Source of the DNA: Polaribacter sp.
Lineage (GTDB): Bacteria; Bacteroidota; Bacteroidia; Flavobacteriales; Flavobacteriaceae
Direction: 5' to 3'
NCBI GenBank assembly: GCA_018608545.1
Contig: JABAZI010000039.1
Span: forward strand, 43,388 to 107,387
Length of the DNA stretch: 64,000 nucleotides
Part shown: positions 19,869 to 28,973 of the stretch, piece after piece
Numbering within the stretch: position 1 is the stretch's first letter
How the letters are laid out: the number at the start of each line of letters is the position of its first letter
The notes under the pieces: generated by a model
The model's input: the letters and a program-made list of their open reading frames with translations, nothing else
Database searches by the model: none
Told to the model about the DNA's origin: nothing
Translations under genes and position numbers: made by a program

Positions 19869-20786
19869 TTACAAGATGGTAAATGTTTTTCCAGGTTCAG
19901 CCAATTCTGTGTTTTTAAAAATTTCCTGGGCTTCTTTTTTAAATAAATTTAGGTCTTTATATCTTCCTGAGTAATGACCTAGAATTAACTGATTAACATT
20001 TGCATGTTTTGCAATAGTAGCAGCTTGTTTTGTGGTTGAGTGTTTTGTTTTTTTAGCCAAATCTTCTCTGTCCGCTAAAAAAGTAGCTTCATGATATAAG
20101 ATGTCCGCATTTTTAATAATGGGTACAATCTCTGGTTTGTAGCTAGTGTCACTGCAAAACGCGAAACTTAAAGGTTTTGTTGGAGGAATTGTCAATTCTG
20201 AATTAGATACCATTTCACCCGTAGATAAAACAATATCTTTTCCTGCTTTTATATTCAGATAATCCGCCTTGTCAATTTCTTTATAATTGCGAATATTATC
20301 CATGTGCAGTTTTTTAGCGTTCTCTTTTTCTGTAAACAAATAACCGTTTGTATATACTCTATGGTCCAGCGGAATAGTCCTAACTGTAACCTTGTCATCT
20401 TCAAAAATGAGTTCACTTTTATTGGAGGATAATTCGTGAAAAGTCATTTTGTATTTTGCGTGAGATTGAGAAATTTTTAATTGTAATAAAGTAACTTCTT
20501 TAATTCCTTTAGGGCCATATATGTGAAGTTCTTTTTCTCTGTTTAAAATTCCAAACGTGGCTAACAAACCAACCAAACCATAAAAATGATCTCCATGAAG
20601 GTGAGAAATAAAAATATGATCAATTTTAGAAAAGCCTACTTTATATTTTCGCATTTGACGTTGCGTCCCTTCCCCACAATCTATTAAAAAATGCCTATTG
20701 TTTATTGCTAGGTATTGTGATGTAGGAAAGGCATTTATTCTTGGTGTAGCTGAATGACAGCCTAAAATAGTTACAGCGATACCCAT
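19869..20786 (-). CDS. rnz: ribonuclease Z
   Basis: 305 aa. Metallo-beta-lactamase motif HLHGDH, an N-terminal LGCHSATP-type block, and the length are typical of short-form RNase Z. Confidence 0.88.
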   Translation of the reverse strand: MGIAVTILGCHSATPRINAFPTSQYLAINNRHFLIDCGEGTQRQMRKYKVGFSKIDHIFISHLHGDHFYGLVGLLATFGILNREKELHIYGPKGIKEVTLLQLKISQSHAKYKMTFHELSSNKSELIFEDDKVTVRTIPLDHRVYTNGYLFTEKENAKKLHMDNIRNYKEIDKADYLNIKAGKDIVLSTGEMVSNSELTIPPTKPLSFAFCSDTSYKPEIVPIIKNADILYHEATFLADREDLAKKTKHSTTKQAATIAKHANVNQLILGHYSGRYKDLNLFKKEAQEIFKNTELAEPGKTFTIL

Positions 20787-20834
20787 CTTGTTACAAAGCG
20801 TTTAAAGATAATTTATGTCTATTATCAGTAGTTA

Positions 20835-21167
20835 TTAAAATCCTAATTCTCTCTCTATTGTTTCCATCTCAATTATGTCTTCTGCTTCCTGCATAGTGGG
20901 AACTATATTGAAATTTTCTGGAAAATCACGTATGTTAATTATTGAGTTGATCAGCACGAAAGAAGTGCCATTTTGTTTTTTCTGTTTAGCAATATTCAAG
21001 AATGAAAATAAATCTTTTGTAGTGGCTTTAATTGTATCAGAAACTTGAACTACAATATTTTCTTTTTCAAATTTTTTTTGATCTATCACAAATGCATCAA
21101 AAAAATTAGAAAAGGTATTTTCACTAGAAGTAACCAGTAGGAATGTTTTTTTATTTTCTATGAGCAT
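20835..21167 (-). CDS. hypothetical protein (110 aa)
   Basis: Intact ORF packed 3 nt downstream of pyrB in the pyrR-pyrB string. I recognise no motif. The C-terminal VPTMQEAEDIIEME is vaguely STAS-like. Confidence 0.5.
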   Translation of the reverse strand: MLIENKKTFLLVTSSENTFSNFFDAFVIDQKKFEKENIVVQVSDTIKATTKDLFSFLNIAKQKKQNGTSFVLINSIINIRDFPENFNIVPTMQEAEDIIEMETIERELGF

Positions 21168-21170
21168 AAT

Positions 21171-22100
21171 TTATCTTTTAACTTGTTGAGCTAATAAATA
21201 AATTACAGCCATTCTAACAGCAACGCCATTTTCTACTTGGTCCAATATAATTGATTCATTAGAATCTGCAACTTCACTTGTAATTTCTACTCCTCGGTTG
21301 ATGGGTCCTGGATGCATGATTACAATTTTTTTATTGAGCTTATCTAGAATTTCTTGATTGATTCCAAAAAGTTGTTTGTATTCTCTGGTCGAAGGAAAAT
21401 AGTTGATATCCATTCTTTCATGTTGAACTCTCAAAACATTGGCAACATCACACCATTCGAGTGCTTTTTTTAGATTTGTTTCTATGGTGACCCCCAGACT
21501 CGAAATATATTTAGGAATTAGCGTGGTTGGTCCACAAACTTTTACTTCAGCACCTTGTAATTGCAGTGCAAATATATTAGACAAGGCAACTCTAGAATGA
21601 AGTATATCTCCAACAATAAGTACCTTTTTACCCTTTACACTTCCTAATTTTTCTCGAATAGAATAAGAGTCTAATAATGCTTGTGTTGGGTGTTCGTGGG
21701 TGCCATCTCCAGCATTTATAATTTTGGCGTCTACATGGTTTGATAAGAAGACACCTGCTCCAACATTTCCATGTCGCATCACAACAATATCAACCTTCAT
21801 TGCTAGGATATTATTGACAGTATCTATGAGTGTCTCTCCTTTTTTAACTGAAGATTGACCCGCTGAAAAGTTTATTACGTCTGCAGAAAGTCGTTTTTCT
21901 GCTATTTCAAAACTAAGTTTTGTACGGGTACTATTTTCAAAAAACAAGTTGGCAATAGTAATGTCTCTTAAAGAAGGGACTTTTTTAATAGGTCTGTTAA
22001 TTACTTCTTTAAAATGATCTGCAGTTTTAAAAATAAGATCGATATCAGTTGACTTTAGATACTTTATTCCCAATAAATGTTCTACACTTAATTCTGACAT
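21171..22100 (-). CDS. pyrB: aspartate carbamoyltransferase catalytic subunit
   Basis: 309 aa with ENSTRTKLSFE, HPTQALLD and HPGP motifs. Confidence 0.95.
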   Translation of the reverse strand: MSELSVEHLLGIKYLKSTDIDLIFKTADHFKEVINRPIKKVPSLRDITIANLFFENSTRTKLSFEIAEKRLSADVINFSAGQSSVKKGETLIDTVNNILAMKVDIVVMRHGNVGAGVFLSNHVDAKIINAGDGTHEHPTQALLDSYSIREKLGSVKGKKVLIVGDILHSRVALSNIFALQLQGAEVKVCGPTTLIPKYISSLGVTIETNLKKALEWCDVANVLRVQHERMDINYFPSTREYKQLFGINQEILDKLNKKIVIMHPGPINRGVEITSEVADSNESIILDQVENGVAVRMAVIYLLAQQVKR

Positions 22101-22102
22101 AA

Positions 22103-22642
22103 TTACTTGAATTCTATATATACTGCGTCCTTTTTATGAGTTTCATTCCAGGTTACCAAAACTTTTTCTTCGTTTATTGCATCTACCTGCCTTCCTCTAT
22201 AATCTGGTTGAATAGGCAAATGTCTGCTGAAACGTCTGTCGATAAGCACTAATAACTCTATGTTTTCGGGTCTTCCGTAGGATTGTAATGCTGTTAATGC
22301 AGCCCTAACACTTCTTCCTGAATATAAAACATCATCAATAATTACTACATTTTTTCCTTCTATTAAAAAATCTATTTCAGTTGAGGTAGCTTCAATAGGA
22401 GCTTCCCTTCTTCTAAAATCGTCTCTGTAGAATGTAATGTCTAGGAGTCCTAGTTGTACCTCTTTAACCTGGTATTTGTTTTTTAATAAATCAGACAATC
22501 TATTTGCTAAATAGGAACCTCTTGGCTGAAGGCCAATTAAAACTGTATTAGAAAAATCGTTGTGGTTTTCAATTAACTGACATGCCAATCGATGTAAAAT
22601 TATTTCAATATCTTTTGAGTTAAGTAAGGTTTTTTTGCTCAT
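22103..22642 (-). CDS. pyrR: bifunctional pyr operon regulator/uracil phosphoribosyltransferase PyrR
   Basis: 179 aa. PRPP-binding loop VVIIDDVLYSGRSVRAA. Lies 2 nt upstream of pyrB. Confidence 0.9.
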   Translation of the reverse strand: MSKKTLLNSKDIEIILHRLACQLIENHNDFSNTVLIGLQPRGSYLANRLSDLLKNKYQVKEVQLGLLDITFYRDDFRRREAPIEATSTEIDFLIEGKNVVIIDDVLYSGRSVRAALTALQSYGRPENIELLVLIDRRFSRHLPIQPDYRGRQVDAINEEKVLVTWNETHKKDAVYIEFK

Positions 22643-22680
22643 AAGAAAGTTGTCAAAATAGCATGACGCTTATTGAACGT

Positions 22681-22688
22681 CAAAATTA
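22681..22688 (-). promoter_or_regulatory. -7 box TAATTTTG upstream of pyrR
   Basis: Exact TAnnTTTG on the minus strand, 38 nt upstream of the pyrR ATG. Confidence 0.4.
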
Positions 22689-22835
22689 CTGCAAATAAAT
22701 GTATATGCAAAATTTATGAGTACATAAAATAATCCCCTTTTGAATGTTAATTAAATTGTTGAAAACAAAACATTCTAAATTAAAAGGATCTATTGACTTG
22801 TAGTACTTTTAAATTATAATTCAAATCTCATAGTC

Positions 22836-24206
22836 ATGTCTCTATTAAAATTTGAATCCATGCTCAAAACCAATAGCATTTATTTTTTTGATTTGGTTGA
22901 GTTTGAAGAAATAATCATTCATTATTTAGATGCTGGTAAACATGCCTTGGCTAAAAAGGCAGTCAAACTTGGGCTACAACAACATCCAGCTTCCATAGAT
23001 TTAAAGTTACTTCAGGTTGAGATTTATGTCATTGAAGATAAGTTGGATAAGGCCTCCATGACATTGAGGATAATTGAGCGTTTAGAACCTAATAATGATG
23101 AAGTTTTTATACAAAAAGCTTCGATTAGTTCTAAAAAAGGGAATCACATAAAAGCGATAGAATTATTTAAAAAAGCACTAACTTTTACAGATGATAAAGC
23201 AGATGTTTGGTCTTTGCTTGGAATGGAATATTTATATGTAGATGATTTTAAAAATGCCCGTTTAACTTTTCAAAAATGTATTAAAGTTGATGTAGAAGAT
23301 TACGCTGCCTTGTATAATGTTGTGTATTGTTTTGATATGGAAAAAGAACACAAAGCTGCAATAGTATACTTAAATTCATATATAGATGTGAATCCATATT
23401 GTGAAGTAGCATGGCATCAACTAGGAAGACAATATTTTATTTTAGAAATGTATACAGAAGCTTTAAGCTCTTTCGACTATGCTGTTTTGATTGATGAATC
23501 TTTTGTAGGGGGCTATTTAGAAAAAGCAAAAACTTTAGAGCATTTAGCTCAGTATAAAGAAGCTATTGGTAATTATTTAATAACGATCGACCTAGACGAT
23601 GCAACGGCTTTTGTGTATTTAAGAATAGGAGAGTGCTATGAAAAATTAGAAAATGTTGATGAAGCAATTTCTTATTACAAAAAAGCAGTTCATGAAGATC
23701 CTTTTTTAGACAAAGGTTGGATGATGTTGACCAACATACATTATCAGAATAAAAATTATCAAAAAGCCGCTTATTATATTTCAAAGGCTATTAAGATTGA
23801 AGATCATAACTCTGAATATTGGAGACGTTATGCAGAAATAAATTTAAAATTAAACTTTTATGAGGAAGCCATTACCGGATTTGAAAAATGTTTGGCTTTA
23901 AATGATGCTTCTCTAGAAAATTTCATGGGCTTGTCTGATATATTCTCTTTTTTAGGTGAATTTAATGACGCTATTAATATTTTGATGAGGGCTTTTAAAA
24001 TTTACAAAAATGCTGCTGAAATTGAATACAGGTTGGCGGGCTTGTTTTTTATTCTAAATAAGGAAAAATATGCAATGTCTCATTTGGTCACTGCTATGAA
24101 AATTGATTATGATTACCATATCATTTTGAGGGAATTATTTCCTGTTGCATTTGATGCTTCTGGGGTACAAAAACTTTTAAGCGACTACAAGAAAGCAATG
24201 GAGTAA
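22836..24206 (+). CDS. tetratricopeptide-repeat protein
   Basis: 456 aa. Repeated 34-residue A/Y/W-rich helical pattern throughout (e.g. AWHQLGRQYF, YLRIGECYEKLENVDEAISYYKKA). Confidence 0.8.
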   Translation: MSLLKFESMLKTNSIYFFDLVEFEEIIIHYLDAGKHALAKKAVKLGLQQHPASIDLKLLQVEIYVIEDKLDKASMTLRIIERLEPNNDEVFIQKASISSKKGNHIKAIELFKKALTFTDDKADVWSLLGMEYLYVDDFKNARLTFQKCIKVDVEDYAALYNVVYCFDMEKEHKAAIVYLNSYIDVNPYCEVAWHQLGRQYFILEMYTEALSSFDYAVLIDESFVGGYLEKAKTLEHLAQYKEAIGNYLITIDLDDATAFVYLRIGECYEKLENVDEAISYYKKAVHEDPFLDKGWMMLTNIHYQNKNYQKAAYYISKAIKIEDHNSEYWRRYAEINLKLNFYEEAITGFEKCLALNDASLENFMGLSDIFSFLGEFNDAINILMRAFKIYKNAAEIEYRLAGLFFILNKEKYAMSHLVTAMKIDYDYHIILRELFPVAFDASGVQKLLSDYKKAME

Positions 24207-24304
24207 TTATAAGCACGTAGTTATAATTTTAACTTGTTATAGTCATTATGAAGAATTTTTTCAGGGGCTCCAAAAAATACCAATATTTTTATAGAGAATT
24301 AAAT

Positions 24305-25192
24305 TTACAAAATATTTTTTTCGAATTTATTGTGAGTTGTTATGATTGCTAGTCCAAAAAGAACGGCCACAACAATCAAAATGGTGCTGATCAATCCGCT
24401 AACTCCAAATGACATTCGTATTAAAATAGTAGAAATGATAAACCCTGAATTTCTGATAATTTTGTGAAATTGGTTTGTATAGAAAAATGAAATTAAAAGA
24501 AGGACTACATCTACTAAAATTAATACTGTAAAAAATTGATCAAAGAAGAGGTTGTTGATACTGTCAAATTCTGGTAATTGGTTGAATGACATTGAAATCC
24601 CAGCAGACCAATTTACGAGCGTAAATATGGCCATCCCAAAAAAAAGTGGCACTAAAACGACAGCAATCAATTTTTTCTTTTTAACAAATTTTTCAATTTC
24701 AGGAGTGATACTTAAGTTTTGGATTCCTTTTTGTTTTCCTTTTTTTTGAAAAAGATAAATCAAATAAAATAACAATAGTGAAGCAATTAAATCATAGGTA
24801 AATTGAAGATCATCTTTGATTTCAAACCAATTTGCGGAAAGCTCTATTGAAGATAAATCTTTAAATATTTTACGGATTATAATAAGTGTAATAATTTCGT
24901 ATTGTTTGGTTATATAGGTTGTAAATGATCTAGGTAGATAGAAGATTAAAAGATACACCTCATAAACAAGGATAAAGGAAAAAGGGGTATATATTGCAGA
25001 AATAGGGTTTTTAAGTAATTCTGAATTTAAATTAAAATCTATAAAATTAAATTTTAAAAAGTAGATAATCGCTAAGTGAATAAAGAAACTAATTAAAGCG
25101 ACTTTGAGAATCAATTTTTCAATTTTTCCACGGGTTTTATCTGCAAGAATATTTTCAAAAATAAATCTAAATAAGTTGTTTTTTTTAATCAT
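24305..25192 (-). CDS. hypothetical multi-pass membrane protein
   Basis: 295 aa with about 6-7 hydrophobic segments. I recognise no family motif. Confidence 0.55.
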   Translation of the reverse strand: MIKKNNLFRFIFENILADKTRGKIEKLILKVALISFFIHLAIIYFLKFNFIDFNLNSELLKNPISAIYTPFSFILVYEVYLLIFYLPRSFTTYITKQYEIITLIIIRKIFKDLSSIELSANWFEIKDDLQFTYDLIASLLLFYLIYLFQKKGKQKGIQNLSITPEIEKFVKKKKLIAVVLVPLFFGMAIFTLVNWSAGISMSFNQLPEFDSINNLFFDQFFTVLILVDVVLLLISFFYTNQFHKIIRNSGFIISTILIRMSFGVSGLISTILIVVAVLFGLAIITTHNKFEKNIL

Positions 25193-25290
25193 ATTTCTAT
25201 AAAAGTTAACTTTCAGTTCGTTGAGGGTAATTGCAAAATACTCTATTTACGCAAGTTAGCTTTTTAAAATTAAATAAACAATAAACAAAA

Positions 25291-25350
25291 TAATTATAGA
25301 ATTTAAAAAAGCTCTCTGTATTCAGAGAGCTTTTTTAAATTCTATAATTA
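25291..25350 (-). terminator. long perfect palindrome / bidirectional terminator downstream of the PPIase fusion gene
   Basis: 28-nt perfect arms TAATTATAGAATTTAAAAAAGCTCTCTG / CAGAGAGCTTTTTTAAATTCTATAATTA around loop TATT. The GC core is flanked by A6/T6. Confidence 0.8.
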
Positions 25351-25381
25351 AGATGCTATTTAAAACTACTTAAGGATGTGC

Positions 25382-26311
25382 TTATTTTACATCCATCAAT
25401 TCTACATCAAAAATTAACGTAGCGTCCGGGGGTATCACTCCTCCTGCTCCATTGGCTCCGTAAGCTAAATCAGAAGGAATAACAAAGCGTGCTTTGTCTC
25501 CTACCTGTAACAACAGAATTCCTTCATCCCATCCAGCAATTACTTGACCTACACCCACATTAAAATCTATCGGTTGTTTTCTTTTGTATGAAGAATCAAA
25601 AACAGTCCCGTCTAATAATTGACCTTTGTAATGTACAGAGACTCCGGCGCCTTTAGTAGCCTTTTTACCGTCCCCTTTTTGTAATATTTGGTAACGTAAT
25701 CCACTGGCAGTCTCGTCATAACCAGCTGCAACAGTATCCAATATTGCTTTTTGTTTTGCTTTTTCTTCCGCTTCGCGCTTTTCTCTAGAACCCTCAAAAG
25801 TTCTAAAAGCTTCAACGGCATTAAAGTTTTTTGCAGCTTCACCAACTTTAATGATTTCTAATTTCATTTCATCTTCTTGTGCAACAGCATCTACAACATC
25901 TTGTCCTTCAATTACAGTCCCAAAAACTGTATGCTTATTGTCTAACCAGGGTGTTGGAACATGAGTAATATAAAATTGACTTCCATTTGTAGCTGGTCCA
26001 GAATTGGCCATTGCCAATTTACCTGGAGCATCATGTTTTAAATCTGGATGAAACTCATCATCAAATTTATATCCTGGATTTCCTGTTCCTGTTCCTTGTG
26101 GACATCCACCTTGAATCATAAAATCTGCAATTACTCTATGAAATTTTAATCCATCATAGTAAGGAGTTCCTTGAGGTTTTGATGAGTTTTCTAAATTACC
26201 TTCTGCCAAAGCGATAAAGTTTCCAACTGTTCCGGGAGCTTTTTCAAATTCTAAATTTACCAAAATATCCCCTTTAGGAGTGGTGAATTTTGCATATATA
26301 CCATTTTCCAT
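25382..26311 (-). CDS. dual-family peptidyl-prolyl isomerase (N-terminal cyclophilin fused to C-terminal FKBP)
   Basis: 309 aa. Cyclophilin motifs FHRVIADFMIQGGCP and GSQFYIT. Charged linker REKREAEEKAKQKA. FKBP motifs VHYKGQLLDGTVFDSS, GQVIAGWDEG and LIFDVEL. Confidence 0.9.
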   Translation of the reverse strand: MENGIYAKFTTPKGDILVNLEFEKAPGTVGNFIALAEGNLENSSKPQGTPYYDGLKFHRVIADFMIQGGCPQGTGTGNPGYKFDDEFHPDLKHDAPGKLAMANSGPATNGSQFYITHVPTPWLDNKHTVFGTVIEGQDVVDAVAQEDEMKLEIIKVGEAAKNFNAVEAFRTFEGSREKREAEEKAKQKAILDTVAAGYDETASGLRYQILQKGDGKKATKGAGVSVHYKGQLLDGTVFDSSYKRKQPIDFNVGVGQVIAGWDEGILLLQVGDKARFVIPSDLAYGANGAGGVIPPDATLIFDVELMDVK

Positions 26312-26524
26312 ATTCTACTTGTTATTTGTTTTTATTTATATTTCTGAACCTATTTATGATGATCAAAGTTGCTAGTTCGAAGCCTACTTATTTGTTGATA
26401 TATTCATTAAATATCCTCGAATCTAATTAAATTGTTGATTTTTTTTATTGAAAAAGGATCCCTCGAGTTTTCATTTTTTGAAAACAGTTTGGAGCAGACT
26501 AAAAAATAGAATTTTTTCAATTTA

Positions 26525-28117
26525 TTAACTTTTAAATTCACTAACGAAGTGAAGTTTTACAGATGGATACTTACTTTGTGTCATTTGAATTGTAAACTCA
26601 GAGTCTGCTAAAAATACCAATTGACCTTGTTTGTCTTTCGCTAAATACCGCTGTTTTACTCTCTTAAATTCCTTAAATTCTTCATTTTTTACATCTTCCG
26701 GCTCTACCCAGCAAGCTTTGTGAACCTGTAAATTTTCATAACTACACTTAGCGCCGTATTCATGCTCTAACCTGTACTGAATTACTTCATATTGTAGGGC
26801 TCCAACAGTACCAATAACTCTACGTCCATTCATGTCTAAGGTAAATAACTGCGCAACACCTTCATCCATTAATTGGTCTAAACCCTTGTACAATTGTTTT
26901 GATTTCATTGGATCTGCATTGTTTACATAACGAAAATGTTCAGGAGAGAAACTTGGAATCCCTTTAAAATTTAATTGTTCTCCTTCAGTTAAGGTATCTC
27001 CAATTTTAAAGTTTCCAGTATCATGTATGCCTACGATATCTCCAGGAAAAGATTCATCTACAATTTCTTTTTTTTCGGCAAAAAAGGCATTAGGGCTTGA
27101 AAATTTTACTTTTTTACCATTTCTAACATGTAAATAAGGTGCATTTCTTCTAAACACTCCAGAAACAATTTTTATAAAAGCTAATCGATCCCTGTGTTTT
27201 GGATCCATATTAGCATGAATTTTAAACACAAAACCTGTTAGTTTTTCTTCTTTAGAATCGACCATGCGTTCCTCTGCTTTCTTGGGTTGAGGTGATGGAG
27301 CTATATTTATAAAGGCATCTAACAATTCTTTTACACCAAAATTGTTTAAAGCAGAACCAAAAAAGACAGGTTGTAATTTTCCTTCTAGATATTCTTGTTG
27401 ATTAAAGTTGGGATATACTTCCTCTACTAATTCTATTTCTTCACGTAAAGTTTCTGCGGCTGTTTCACCAATAACTGTATCTAATTCTGGATTTGACAAA
27501 TCATCAAATAGAACACCCTCCGAAATTGAGGTTTTATTATCCCCAGAAAAAAGGTTTAATTTTTTTTCCCAGATATTATAAATTCCTTTAAAATCATACC
27601 CCATTCCAATAGGAAAACTCATCGGTGTTACTCGTAAGCCTAATTTTTGTTCTACTTCATCTAACAAGTCAAAAGCATCTTTACCTTCTCTATCTAATTT
27701 GTTGATGAAAACCAACATTGGAATGCTTCTCATTCTACAAACTTTGACTAATTTTTCAGTTTGTGGTTCTACTCCTTTTGCAACATCAATGACAACAATA
27801 ACACTGTCTACTGCTGTTAAAGTTCTAAATGTGTCTTCTGCAAAATCCTTATGACCAGGGGTGTCTAGTATGTTTATTTTTTTATCTTGATAAATGAATG
27901 CTAAAACAGAAGTAGCAACAGAAATTCCACGTTGACGTTCAATTTCCATAAAATCGGAAGTTGCTCCTTTTTTAATTTTGTTGTTTTTTACAGCACCAGC
28001 CTCTTGAATAGCACCTCCAAAAAGCAGTAATTTTTCTGTCAATGTCGTTTTACCGGCATCAGGGTGAGATATGATACCAAATGTTCTTCTACGGGCTATT
28101 TCTTCTAAAAAACTCAT
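26525..28117 (-). CDS. prfC: peptide chain release factor 3
   Basis: 530 aa. GTPase motifs SHPDAGKTT, DTPGHKDF and NKLD. Length and C-terminal domains are typical of RF3. Confidence 0.95.
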   Translation of the reverse strand: MSFLEEIARRRTFGIISHPDAGKTTLTEKLLLFGGAIQEAGAVKNNKIKKGATSDFMEIERQRGISVATSVLAFIYQDKKINILDTPGHKDFAEDTFRTLTAVDSVIVVIDVAKGVEPQTEKLVKVCRMRSIPMLVFINKLDREGKDAFDLLDEVEQKLGLRVTPMSFPIGMGYDFKGIYNIWEKKLNLFSGDNKTSISEGVLFDDLSNPELDTVIGETAAETLREEIELVEEVYPNFNQQEYLEGKLQPVFFGSALNNFGVKELLDAFINIAPSPQPKKAEERMVDSKEEKLTGFVFKIHANMDPKHRDRLAFIKIVSGVFRRNAPYLHVRNGKKVKFSSPNAFFAEKKEIVDESFPGDIVGIHDTGNFKIGDTLTEGEQLNFKGIPSFSPEHFRYVNNADPMKSKQLYKGLDQLMDEGVAQLFTLDMNGRRVIGTVGALQYEVIQYRLEHEYGAKCSYENLQVHKACWVEPEDVKNEEFKEFKRVKQRYLAKDKQGQLVFLADSEFTIQMTQSKYPSVKLHFVSEFKS

Positions 28118-28134
28118 TTACAAAATTTGAGGTG

Positions 28135-28142
28135 CAAAGATA
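28135..28142 (-). promoter_or_regulatory. -7 box TATCTTTG upstream of prfC
   Basis: Exact TAnnTTTG on the minus strand, 17 nt upstream of the prfC ATG. Confidence 0.45.
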
Positions 28143-28161
28143 GGTTTTACAAAGAGAATTA

Positions 28162-28851
28162 TCAATCTAAAATTTTAATCCTCATTTTTACATCATCAAC
28201 AGGCCATTCATCAACGCCAACCTTGACTCTGGAGATTTTTTCCATGGTATCAAAACCAGAAATTACTTCTCCAAAAACAGTATGTTCATTGTCTAAATGA
28301 TGTGCACCATTTCTTTTTTGGACAATATAAAATTCAAAAGGGCTTGATAATTTATTTGGATTGTGTTCCCATTGTCTAGCGGCGGCGATTGCGCCATATT
28401 TATGGGTCCTCTTTTTTCTGAACTCTGGCTTAAGAAGGTAGTTGCCATATTTTCTCCGTTCTTTTTGAGTATACATCTCGTCGGAATTACCGCCTTGTAT
28501 GACAAAGTTTTTAGCAACTCTGTAAAAAACAGTAGTATTAAAATAACCAATTTTAGTTAAAAAAATAAAATTAGCTCTGTGAACAGGTACATCTTGAAAC
28601 AGTTTAATTTTTATAGAACCAAAATCGGTTTGAATTAAAACCATCGTTTCTTGATGCTGTTTCCCGAATTCAGTTAAAAATGCCTCCGTATTGTGACTAT
28701 TTAAACTGTCCCATTTTTTTGTTGTTTTTTCTTTAATTTTTGACTTGATATTTACAGTTTCAGTTTTATTTACAGTTTCTGGTTGTTCTACTTTACACTG
28801 AAAAAAAAGTTGTGAAATGATAAAAAAAAGGAAAATAATATAAATTCTCAT
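28162..28851 (-). CDS. secreted cyclophilin-type peptidyl-prolyl isomerase
   Basis: 229 aa. Signal peptide MRIYIIFLFFIISQLFFQC. Cyclophilin blocks FYRVAKNFVIQGG and HTVFGEV. Confidence 0.85.
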   Translation of the reverse strand: MRIYIIFLFFIISQLFFQCKVEQPETVNKTETVNIKSKIKEKTTKKWDSLNSHNTEAFLTEFGKQHQETMVLIQTDFGSIKIKLFQDVPVHRANFIFLTKIGYFNTTVFYRVAKNFVIQGGNSDEMYTQKERRKYGNYLLKPEFRKKRTHKYGAIAAARQWEHNPNKLSSPFEFYIVQKRNGAHHLDNEHTVFGEVISGFDTMEKISRVKVGVDEWPVDDVKMRIKILD

Positions 28852-28876
28852 GGGCTAAGTTTAATGTAAACACATG

Positions 28877-28884
28877 CAAATATA
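28877..28884 (-). promoter_or_regulatory. -7 box TATATTTG upstream of the secreted cyclophilin gene
   Basis: Exact TAnnTTTG on the minus strand, 25 nt upstream of the ATG at 28851. Confidence 0.45.
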
Positions 28885-28960
28885 AATCATCACAATAAAA
28901 AAAGAGAAAATTAGTATCGATTTTGTATTTATTTTAAGATTTATTATTCTTTGATTTTCT

Positions 28961-28968
28961 TATGTTTG
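28961..28968 (+). promoter_or_regulatory. -7 box TATGTTTG immediately upstream of idi (predicts a leaderless mRNA)
   Basis: Exact TAnnTTTG. It contains the ORF-track ATG at 28962 and ends 5 nt before the ATG at 28974. Confidence 0.45.
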
Positions 28969-28973
28969 CAGGT

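Noticed and set aside
22643-22835. Looked for a PyrR-binding attenuator (conserved UCCAGAGAGG-type loop plus terminator/antiterminator) in the pyrR-pyrB leader
   Set aside because: I found no such motif and no convincing alternative hairpins. Only a TAATTTTG promoter box and a weak 4-bp hairpin are present.
26456-26467. GGATCCCTCGAG (adjacent BamHI and XhoI sites) in an AT-rich intergenic region, and GAATTC..CTCGAG at 61968-61981, which could hint at a cloning scar or engineered junction
   Set aside because: No vector-like sequence flanks either site. XhoI and EcoRI sites are expected several times by chance in 64 kb. The observation is post hoc among many possible enzyme pairs. The second site simply coincides with the end of the natural 296-bp repeat.
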